A stretch of DNA of 63,422 bases, the filler included, from Stramenopiles sp. TOSAG23-2 (Eukaryota): NCBI GenBank assembly GCA_900128395.1. It is 4 parts of 4 records of this genome, joined end to end, with 100 filler letters (N's around TTAATTAATTAA, not from the genome) between each part and the next. Parts side by side here need not be neighbours in the genome. Positions count along the whole stretch, not along the records: positions 1 to 29,953 come from LT649385.1; 3 more parts are not named here. One strand, 5' to 3'. Positions 11,303 to 21,700 of this stretch are shown here, one piece after another. The notes under the pieces were generated by a model. The model did not search any database and had not been told where the DNA came from. It saw nothing but the letters and a program-made list of their open reading frames with translations. The position numbers and the translations under genes were made by a program. Every line of letters starts with the position of its first letter. The stretch's first letter is position 1.

Positions 11303-12579
11303 CCATCGCCATCATTAACAGTACCACTAATACTACTACTAGCAGTAATGTCAAAAACAACAACAGCATCGACGGCAAGATCGAACGTTTAGATTCACCA
11401 AAGTCAAAAACAAGTAACTCTATGAGTATTGAGGAGGAGGAGGGAGAGGGAGCAGAAGTGGACAAAGATTTTGAAAAGATAATGATGAAAGATGACAAAA
11501 GAGGAGAAGAAGGAGATGATGATTTTTATGGCGATGTAGACGATGAGCTATACGATTGGATGAATGACATATTTAGCGATGAGAATGAAATAGATGGAAA
11601 GCAACAGAAGAGAGCGTCAAAAGTGGTAGAATTAGAAAACGCCGAGTCGCTAGAAAGGATGAAATTACAAGCTAGTGTTTTAAAATCAGGTAATGATAAT
11701 ATACGAGATGACGACAAGAATGTACCTAATCATAATAATAAAAAGAGTTCAAAACAACAATTTCTTTCAACATCTAATAATACATCATTTTTAAATCATA
11801 TATACCATATTAATGCAAAAATGGATAAAGGTAATAGTAATAATAATAATGATAATAATAATATGATGATGATGAAGAAAGTTTCGGAGCAAGCGGATGA
11901 ACATAATCAAGTGGGTGATGAGAATGCAAAATATGATGAGGAGAAAAAAAACGATAAAAAAAAAAGGTCTAAAAAAAAGGAAAAAAAGAACAAAGAAAAC
12001 AATATGTTAAATGCTAAGAAAAAAAACTCGATGGAATTTTTTGATATTGAAATGCAACGCAATGAGGCTGACACGGATGAATTATTAGTCTTTGCTGAAG
12101 ATGAGAAAAGTTTTTTCTTCAGCTGTTTTTACCCAGATGCTACTGTATGTGATTTTTTTTATGTCTTTTGCTCATGCTGTTGGCCATGTGTAATATTAGA
12201 TATAAGACAAAAATTATATGGAAATACTAAACAATGGTTCTCTTGTACTTTGTTTAATTTTTTCTTGTTTATTGGTAGATGGATATTTTTTGTGTTTTAT
12301 TTAATTGTTTTCATTACTCCAATTTTAATTGGATTTGGAAACCCGTATGATAATAATCGTGACAAATCTGTGGAGAGAAGAGATAAAATAATGAAGAGTT
12401 GCTTGTATTTTATTCCACTTGGTAGCTTGATAATTGCCACAATATTAACGATTTATAGAAATAAATATAAAGCAAAGCGTGGAGAGAAAAAAGTAAGCAA
12501 TTGCAGAAATTTTATCACTAGTTGTTGTTGCACAACATGTACAATTTCACAGATGTATTATGACACTCGAGAATGGTGA
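9634..12579 (+). CDS. Large low-complexity protein with a C-terminal PLAC8 (Cys-rich) membrane domain
   Basis: 981-aa ORF with poly-Asn and poly-Ser tracts. The C-terminus has FFSCF..D, CSCCWPCV, two hydrophobic helices and CCCTTCTISQ, typical of PLAC8. Confidence 0.65.
11248..11301 (+). repeat. (AGT)18 coding microsatellite (poly-Ser)
   Basis: Perfect AGT repeat read directly from the sequence. Confidence 0.95.
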
Positions 12580-12830
12580 TTGAGATTGTGTGGGGAGTGT
12601 TTTGGTGCGTGTTATTTTTGTGCACACACACTTGAATACCAATATAAAAAGTTTTTTGATGATCCACATAGTGTATTCTGGTATTATTGTTTAATTATAG
12701 CAGGTATAAATAGCACATTAACATTGTAGTACGGAAAAACTTCATAGTTAAGGTGGTTTTACGGGAAGATTTCAATATGATTCGACCTTAGCAACTACTT
12801 ATGTATTTTTTTATAAAATATAAAAAACTT

Positions 12831-14243
12831 TCACAAATCATTTTTAATAATATCAAATGTGTTCAAATCAATACATGCAGCAACTAGACGTTTTAAATTT
12901 GCTGATAATATTGCTTCACCATAATTATTTGCAGGGCAAATTAACCATCCAATGACTAAACCCCAACACATTGATACGCTATATCGATATTTAAATTGAA
13001 ATTGAAAATCTTCAATATCATTGTCACCTTTCCAATTAATTCCATTTAAAGTTAAATAATTTAAATAATCTTTCAATAATTCTTTTTCATATAAATGGCG
13101 TTGTATTGGGGTTAATGCCGTACCTAATATATATGCAACATCGCGACACCAATGCGATTGTAATGATAATTGCCAATCTAATAAACCTACTTTAACACCA
13201 GCAGTTCTATCAATAACATAGGTATTTTGTATGTGCGTATCACCATGGCATAATGTTTGACCATTTTTCGCAGAACAAAACATTTTTTCACATGAAATTA
13301 AGCATTCCCACATTTCATCTATTGTTAATCCTAATGGTTTTAATATCTCTTGTTCAAATTTATTTCGACGCACATGATCTTTAATTAAACCTTTACCAAT
13401 ACTACGAAAGACTTCATACATGCCACCTTTTTCACTATTTACAACCCAACTCAAATCATTTCCATTCTTAAATCGTTTGGAATGCCAAAATTTAGAATGC
13501 AACAATGCTAATGATTTTAATAATTGTTTAACATGTGGTATTTTTAATGTATTCAATGCAGTTGGAAATTGAACATTGTACGTAGATAAATCTTCCATCA
13601 ATATAAAATATTGACATTTATTGGGATTAAATAATGTACCATAGCATTTTGGATGTTCAATTTCTTCATTGTTAATATATTGTAATATGTTTGAATAAAT
13701 TAATGTTTCATTGATATACATAGCATCTGGTGCTTGTGGTAAATAATAATTATAAAAATTAATACAAAAATGTATTAAATCATTCATAAATGGTATGCGT
13801 TCACCAACCAGTGCCGTCAATTTGATTAAAGGGATAGATGAACCTAATCTCATATACCATGGCAATAATACAGCTTTGAAAACAAGATAATGGGTTTCTT
13901 TTTCATCTTTTGTATTATTTATATTAAATTCAATTCTAAGATGCGTTCGGTCTGTTGTAGATGCTTTTCCATCACCGCATGATTCTAATAATGTCACATC
14001 TATTTTATTAATTGTTTTGTTACGTTTTATGTCATCATTTAACATATTATTTACAAATTGTTTTGTTAACAATTTCTTCACATCTTGTCGTGAAATTTTA
14101 CGTAGACAATTACTTAAGCATATCCGTATAGGTCTTTTAAAATATGACCAAAATGGTTGAACGCAAAAAAATATAATGTTCCACCCAAATAAAACTACAA
14201 ATATTATTGCAGATATAATTTTACGAAAGATGGATGATGACAT
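12831..14243 (-). CDS. Ecdysteroid kinase-like (EcKL/CHK, APH-family) phosphotransferase with an N-terminal membrane anchor
   Basis: Motifs E..IY, P.CY, FILMEDL, LALLHSKFW, TLCHGDTHIQN (Brenner HGD..N) and LLDWQ. Confidence 0.88.
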   Translation of the reverse strand: MSSSIFRKIISAIIFVVLFGWNIIFFCVQPFWSYFKRPIRICLSNCLRKISRQDVKKLLTKQFVNNMLNDDIKRNKTINKIDVTLLESCGDGKASTTDRTHLRIEFNINNTKDEKETHYLVFKAVLLPWYMRLGSSIPLIKLTALVGERIPFMNDLIHFCINFYNYYLPQAPDAMYINETLIYSNILQYINNEEIEHPKCYGTLFNPNKCQYFILMEDLSTYNVQFPTALNTLKIPHVKQLLKSLALLHSKFWHSKRFKNGNDLSWVVNSEKGGMYEVFRSIGKGLIKDHVRRNKFEQEILKPLGLTIDEMWECLISCEKMFCSAKNGQTLCHGDTHIQNTYVIDRTAGVKVGLLDWQLSLQSHWCRDVAYILGTALTPIQRHLYEKELLKDYLNYLTLNGINWKGDNDIEDFQFQFKYRYSVSMCWGLVIGWLICPANNYGEAILSANLKRLVAACIDLNTFDIIKNDL

Positions 14244-14667
14244 GTATTATTTCAAAAATATATTATACGATTATTATGTGTAGTTGTTGGGTATATGTGT
14301 AAAAGAGTTGTATGTTATATATATATATATATGTTCACACACATGTATAGACATATCCAATATATATATATATATATTTATACTGAACTTTACTACTTTT
14401 ATTATATTATGTGTATGTCTATTTTATATATTAACATTTATTAGATTAGCACATTTACATTACAGTAGTTTTGTTGTTGAGTAGTATAATATTATTATTG
14501 ATCAAAAATAGCTACTAGTCTAAAAAATATAGATGGACTGAATATATACTCTCTCTAATAAATATACATACCTTCCCATCTAATTACTAATAAAAACCTC
14601 CCATCTCTCTTTCTCTCTCTCTCTCTCTATTATATAGTCTGTCATATTATACACATATACGAACATA

Positions 14668-17316
14668 CTACAAAAGATTATTATGCGATCGATGTTTTTC
14701 AACTAATTTCTTATTGTCTTCTTCTAACACTTTAACTTTTTTATCCATTGCGCTTAACATCAAATGCATATCAATATTTGCTGTACTTTTTTCTTGAAAA
14801 ACACCACCTTTATGGCCAGTTTTCATTAATTTAATGTTTTGTTTACTATTTTTGTATTTATTATTACTATTATTTTCCATTGTTTGCATATCATTATCAT
14901 ACAACCCAGTCGTTGGATTACGCTCACTTAATAATTTATTTATTCGTTTTAATAAATCTTGTTTTTCTGTTTCTTTTATATCCAATTTATGTTGAAATGC
15001 ATCTCTCATAATTTCTAATTCTTCTTTCAAGACTGCTTGAAAGGTTTCATTTTCTTGTGCTGCTTTACGATTAGATTCTTTTGCAGATTGAAAAAAATTT
15101 CCACCACCACCATTACCATCATCACTTGTATGCTTTGTATGATTGTTTGCATTTTGCTTTTTCTCCATTTGCAATTTATTCATTTCATGCATTAAATGTA
15201 TAAAACGATTTTGTTCTTGTTCTATATTTAATTCCAACTCTTTCACTTTTTTTTTCAATTCAATTCGTTTTTTATCCCATTCTAATTTTTCCTTATCCCT
15301 CTCTTTACGACGAACATCTAAACATAAATTAGCAGCTTCCAATTCATCTTTCAATTTAAAAACATTTTCCTCATGTTGTAAATATGCTTCTTTTTGTCGT
15401 TTAATTTCTTGTTTCAACCTACGTTCATTTGCCTCAGCTTTTTTTTCAAATGATTTCAATTTGTTGGATATTATAATAACTTCTGCTTTGTTTGCTTTTT
15501 GAATTTTTTGTATTTCTAATTGATGATGTTCCTCTTTGTAATTTTTTTCTTCAATGCTAGCTTCTGCATTTTCTTTCTTCGTAGTAATTTCTAACAATTT
15601 TGTTTTGCATCGACTATGTTGTGTCTTTGATTCTAGTAATTCTATTTTTAAATTTTCAACTTGTTTCTCCAATAACGATACTTTTGCTTTTGATCTTGAA
15701 AGTTCCATTACCATGTCTTTTTCATCGACAACAATTTTATTTTTTAATCTTAAAAATTCAGATTTATATTTTTCTTTTTCAGATGTCAAAATTAATACTT
15801 TTTTCATATCTTTCGATATAATTTGTTCATACTTTGCAATCGCGTCACTCAATTTTGTATCTATTTGTTTGTATTTAATTTTCATTTTTTGACTATTTTC
15901 TTTTAATATCTTTATTTCTTCATTTTTGTTCTGTTTTAAATCATCATATTTCGTTGTCGCAACTTTTAATTTCATTTTTAAAATATTTAATTGTTCATTA
16001 TTATTATTATTATTATTATTATCATCTTCGCTGTTAATAGAAGTTTTTTTATTCTTAGTTTCTTCCGACAATAATTGTTTTTTTAAATGGGATATGGTTA
16101 CAGTTAATTGATCCATTTTTGTTCCTTGTTGCTGATTTGTATCTTTTAATATTTTAATTTCATCCTTTAATTTTGCTTCATTAATATTATTAATAGTAAC
16201 AATATTTGGGCGTGGTGATACTGTTGGTGCTGGAGGTAATGTTTTTTCCTCTTGTTTTTTCCTTTTTTGTTTTTCTTGCTTCAATTGTATTAATAATTTA
16301 TTATTTTGCTTTTTCAAACTTTCAAAATTCATTTTCATATTAATCAATTCTTTTGATTTATTTGATAATTTTAATTGTAAATCTTGCATTTCTAAGTTTG
16401 TATTTTCATCGTCCTTATTCATGCCATTATTCGCATCGTCATATTTTTTACCTTTGTCATGGTTCAAAAGCGATTTCCATTTATTAGCAACATTTGATAC
16501 AAGCTTATGTTGACGTTTAGAATTTGTATCAGATAATACATCACGTAATATTTTTGCATCGTTTTCTAATTGAGTACATTTACTGTTTGTTTTTTTCAAT
16601 TCAATATCTTTTTTATTGATCACATCTTTCAACTTGAATATTTGATCACGCAAATTAAAATAAGAAGTAGCTATCGGCAATATCATTGTTGATAGATTAT
16701 CTGATTTTGGGTTGATTTTCTTCTTTTGTTGTTGTTGTTTTTGTTGTAACGTTGTTGTTGTAGTAGTATTTTTTTTTTCATTTTTCATTTTTTTCATTGC
16801 ACTAGCATATGCTTTAGCGGAACCACCAACAATTGGTTGAAGAAACGCTTTTTTACGAATTTTATTAGCAATTTGACCACCAGCATTTTCTATCTCTACA
16901 CGTTGTCCTTGTAATTTATTTCTATTATTGTATTGTTCATCGTTCTTTTCCTCTGGTTTTTGTTCAACATTTTGTACCTCGTTTTCATTGAATGCATATA
17001 ATAATTCCTCATTTGTCGTTGAATCTTTAAAACAACGTCTAACAAGCTCTTCCAATAATTTATGTTGAAATGCAGTTAAACTTTCAATTCCATGATTTTT
17101 ACTTAGTAAACGACTGCCGACATCATTTATATTATTATTTTTGTTAATGGAATAACGTTTTAATTGTTTTTTCACTTCTTGCTCCAATACTATATTTTTA
17201 TGTTCCCTACGTGATGGTAATTTTAATAAATTATTAAAATACGTTTCTTCAATCATTGTATGTATGGATTGCAACTGTTCCATCGAGGGTACCACATCCT
17301 TCGTATTATTTTTCAT
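14668..17316 (-). CDS. Long coiled-coil protein
   Basis: 882-aa ORF, K/E/Q-rich heptads, poly-Asn/Thr tracts, no catalytic motifs seen. Confidence 0.65.
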   Translation of the reverse strand: MKNNTKDVVPSMEQLQSIHTMIEETYFNNLLKLPSRREHKNIVLEQEVKKQLKRYSINKNNNINDVGSRLLSKNHGIESLTAFQHKLLEELVRRCFKDSTTNEELLYAFNENEVQNVEQKPEEKNDEQYNNRNKLQGQRVEIENAGGQIANKIRKKAFLQPIVGGSAKAYASAMKKMKNEKKNTTTTTTLQQKQQQQKKKINPKSDNLSTMILPIATSYFNLRDQIFKLKDVINKKDIELKKTNSKCTQLENDAKILRDVLSDTNSKRQHKLVSNVANKWKSLLNHDKGKKYDDANNGMNKDDENTNLEMQDLQLKLSNKSKELINMKMNFESLKKQNNKLLIQLKQEKQKRKKQEEKTLPPAPTVSPRPNIVTINNINEAKLKDEIKILKDTNQQQGTKMDQLTVTISHLKKQLLSEETKNKKTSINSEDDNNNNNNNNEQLNILKMKLKVATTKYDDLKQNKNEEIKILKENSQKMKIKYKQIDTKLSDAIAKYEQIISKDMKKVLILTSEKEKYKSEFLRLKNKIVVDEKDMVMELSRSKAKVSLLEKQVENLKIELLESKTQHSRCKTKLLEITTKKENAEASIEEKNYKEEHHQLEIQKIQKANKAEVIIISNKLKSFEKKAEANERRLKQEIKRQKEAYLQHEENVFKLKDELEAANLCLDVRRKERDKEKLEWDKKRIELKKKVKELELNIEQEQNRFIHLMHEMNKLQMEKKQNANNHTKHTSDDGNGGGGNFFQSAKESNRKAAQENETFQAVLKEELEIMRDAFQHKLDIKETEKQDLLKRINKLLSERNPTTGLYDNDMQTMENNSNNKYKNSKQNIKLMKTGHKGGVFQEKSTANIDMHLMLSAMDKKVKVLEEDNKKLVEKHRSHNNLL

Positions 17317-17882
17317 CTTATTTGTATGATTAATATTTTTTCTTGTTATTTATGTTGTATTTGAATTTGTTTTGTTAGTACGTTTATATAGATATAGATA
17401 AACTACTAATTCTTGAAATGTACACGGTGTATTTGTCTTTTTTGTATTGTTTTTTATTAAATATTGAGTTGTATGTTGAAAAGTTATAACGTCTTCTTTT
17501 TTTTGATGATGAACCACTGGCCATATCTAAATCCATATGCCCCGTCACTCGTCACTCAACCATATTCCCGTGCTATAGTGCTATATACCCCACCAAAATC
17601 GACATCAAAAAAGTGTATACTAAGAAGTAAGAATAACAATTAAAATATAAAAAAATAACAAAAACAACTTATTAATATGGAAAATAATTAATCAGAGATT
17701 AATAAAAAACTTTGTATTTATATTATAAAACCGGCTGCGTGAGATGGCCAGCTTGCCTGACTTGCTCAACAAGATTTTTTTTTTTTGTATGTTTTTGTTA
17801 TTATTATTTAAATTATTATAAGAGTTGCAAGAGCCCTGCCAGCCTGTTTAAAGATATCTTCATCTTATAACAAAAAAGTTTA

Positions 17883-18308
17883 TTACATGCTTTGCATGAT
17901 CAAACCACCTGCTGTCATAATTGATAAACCTAAATTCAAAAGCGTACCAATGTATCCAAACGCCGCTTTACGCCGATTTTCTGGCTTGCCTTTACCATAT
18001 TCATTGCAATAAACTACCATTGCAATGACTCTTAAAAGCCCACCTAACGCTGCTAATCGAGGATAATTTATTGAAGCTATTGTCAATAAAATCAAGAAAC
18101 GATTCCAATTTTCCAATAAATTTTGATGACCACGTTGGACACAGTTAAATGCCATAGCATTTTTATCTGATTCAGGTAAATACAATGTTGGATATTTGAC
18201 ATTATATTTTCTTCGTGCTGCACCTACTTTAAATCCTGCATATTGGATGGCAAATGCAGAGGCAATCGCAACCAACATTGGGTATCCATGATCAGGTGTT
18301 AATGGCAT
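17883..18308 (-). CDS. MGST3: MAPEG family microsomal glutathione S-transferase 3-like
   Basis: V..ARRKYNVKYP.LY and FNCVQRGHQNLLE, plus hydrophobic helices. Confidence 0.92.
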   Translation of the reverse strand: MPLTPDHGYPMLVAIASAFAIQYAGFKVGAARRKYNVKYPTLYLPESDKNAMAFNCVQRGHQNLLENWNRFLILLTIASINYPRLAALGGLLRVIAMVVYCNEYGKGKPENRRKAAFGYIGTLLNLGLSIMTAGGLIMQSM

Positions 18309-18765
18309 ATTTTATTAATATTGAATGTATTTTTCTTTCGTATTTATAACTATTATTATTATTATTATTAATTATTCAATTGTTTATATAAAATGTAATT
18401 GAATATGTATGCGTATTAGTGTTATGAAATATTACACAAACTCTGTACTATACTTAAATTAATAAAAGTACTAATATATGGTTGAACTAGAAAATAAATT
18501 ATAAATGTGTTTTATATAATATATAATGTATATTCCATGTAATAAAATATATTTGTCAGGATTTTGTTGTTGCTCTTATTAGTCGTCTATGTGCATATTT
18601 ATTAAAAAAAAGTAGTATAGCATATAATAATTATAGGTACAAATTCGGTCAATTTTATACTTTGATTGTATTATAACAAGTACATTTATCCTATATGTGT
18701 TTGTATCATCAATATATAAATTTAATAAAAAGTGCTAAAAAAATGCTAAAATATTGAAAATTTTA

Positions 18766-21700
18766 TTACTTTTCATCATCATCACTACGTTTGAAATACG
18801 GATACAAATTTTGAACCAACCTTGCAATACGAAATGCATTATAATCTTCTACGTGTTTGCCTTTTTTTTGTAAAATTAATTTAACAGTTTCAATCCTTTT
18901 TGAAACATCACTAGCATCTTCTTCTAGTAATCTATGACATAAACCAATTAAAATATCTTCATAATCATTTGGATTTTCCACTTGCAAACCAAATGTTCTA
19001 ATACAAAATTGTTTTAGATTACCATATATAAATTGTCGCGGACCGTCATTATTGCATAAGAAACCCCTAATCTTTTCTGGAGTGCGAGTTTCAATATTTT
19101 GAACAAATACTTGATACAAATTTTTCTGTTTTTTATTTCTTTTCTTCCTCTTTTTTTTTGATTTCTGTCCAGTCGACTCTGCATCTTCTAATTCAAGTAA
19201 AGCAGTTACTGCTTTTGGTTGTAATTTTTCTCGAGTTTCTATATAATATTCCCCTGATGGACATAAATATTTCTTTCCTTCCTCTAGAACAAGGTTTAAT
19301 TTATCCGGTAGAGTTTGGAAGAGTTTCCTAACAAAATATACAGTTCCAAAATATTGTGAAACGGAATTTGCAACAGAATCACTTAAACTTAAAATATCAG
19401 GTAAATATTTTTCCCATTTATGGCAAATATAATATTCAGCCACTTTAACTTTATTATAATTTTTTCCTAATAATCCAAATCCATTGTAATCTTCACCAAT
19501 TTCAAAAACAACGAAGCCTTCTGGAGAAATGGTCTCTGGTTGGCCGAATGTACAAAATTGAGAAGAAATGGCGACATATTCATCCATTGTAATTTCTCCC
19601 CTAATACATTGTGTTAATGAACTGATTATCTGATTGAGTTCTCCTACTGTGCTTGTTACAAAACCAGCTGGCATATCAAGTGGAAGAAATATTTGTCGTA
19701 AATTATCAGCAATTGTTGCTGATGGAATATATTGCCAACTATCACGATTATCCTCAAAGTTAATTCCAAGAAGCCTAAAGGACCCTCTAGATTGAGGTCC
19801 ATTTGCAGTCAATTCCCAATGAAATCGACCTTGATAATCTTTACTACCTTTATTACAACATTCAAACATCAATACTGCCTTTCCTTGTAATCTCGTTTTA
19901 ACGATTGAGAAAAAAGCTTTAATTGTAGACAAAAATGGCATTATAACATCTTCAATATAATCTTTTGGTGGTTTGTCTTTATCCAAGGACATGTTTGGAT
20001 AAAATATTTGTTGAAAAGAAGTAACAATACCAACATTTACCATATCACCAGCAATCATAGTCTTTTGACTTTGAAAAACAATTATAAAAGGCAGTTCCTC
20101 GCATATTGCAAGGAGTTTTTGTGCAAATCCCGTGTGATCGTTGTTCATAATTTCTACATACGATTGGTAACATTTATCTGTTTTTGGAACTAGAACTACT
20201 GAACAAAGCATTCCATCATCTTTTCCAACAGATAGTAACTTTAACGGAGTACTACCATCTGACGAACGCAACGTTTTTAACAGAGCTTGTTGTTCTTTAG
20301 CAAAATGTTGTTGGTATTTATAATTTTCAACATCGCCCTCGACATTTGCAGTATTACTTGTAACAAGTTCTGTTCCTCTTTGAAGTTGCTCGCATGCAAC
20401 ATGAATGGGTTCTTTGTTGGGACCTAACAAAATTTTAAACCCCCTAGCTTGCCTTCCCCATTTCGTCCAAACTTGAGAATACTCTAGATAAGTTACGATA
20501 GCAGTTTGTATAGAACCATAAGTCCTTTCACGAAAGGTAAAACCTCTTTTAGCAAACCAAGCTGTCATTCCATCATAACCACCTTTTTCATGGTATATTT
20601 TTTGTAATAATTGAAATAGTGGCATGTCAATGAAATCATTTGATATTGCTGCAACACCAAGAAAATCAGCAACTGGCGAATTTAAAGTAGGATGGCCTAT
20701 ACGTTTTATTAACCTTTCAAAACATAAACATATATACCCATCAGGATCTGTAATTTCTTGTTGAAACATTTTGTCCACAAAATCAGGCTTTCCACTTGCA
20801 CATGTTGTATCAAAAATCAAAACATCGCATTGCAATGTTGGAATGATTCCTTCAACATATCGATAACAACCACCACCAATCTCTAGTAGTTGATCAGCAG
20901 CTAAATATTTTACAGAGACACCACGGCCTTCAAGTATTTTTATAACATTGTTCCACATAGTTGATTTACCACTTGCAACGCAACCTTGACAAGAAATTGC
21001 GAATGTTTTTTTAATACTTTCAACAAGTCGAACTTTTTGGTCCTGAAGCACATCTACACCAATTACTTTCGGGCTACTTAGATATGGAACACATTCATCA
21101 TCGAACAAAACACCATAATCACCTGAAGTAGCTTTTAATAATCGCAGTTGTTTACTATTTGCTTTGGCAATACATCGTTGATTTTCCGTTTTTCCATCAA
21201 TTCGTTCTGGTTCAAAACTAATTGGAAAATTTGTTGGACGATCAAGAAATGTTGTTGCAAGTTTATTAAAACAGGCTCTCATTGTTTCTGGATCTTGTTG
21301 ACATCGGCGATTTGTTATGAAATGGATATATTCCGGTGAAAGCTGATTTAAAATTTGAAGTAATGGCTTTCCTGTATAATTTTCCATTGTCCACTTTGGA
21401 GTATTGAATGTTTTAAAATCAAATGTGCCGTTATTAAGGAGGGGTTTATGACAGCCATCTTTCACACCAAAAGTTGTATTGTCAATATCAAGACCAATAT
21501 GAACGGGATCAGTCCCACCTCTTTTTTTCATTAAACAAACATAACCATAAAATTTCACGATATTATCTGATTGAAATTTGATTATATTATTTATGTCTGT
21601 TTTACATAAACTACCAAGTGCGCTAGCAAAGCCTGTTGGAGATTCTACTGTCATATGATATGCACCATCACCAGCTTCTTGTGGAGGTCTGTCGGTTATC

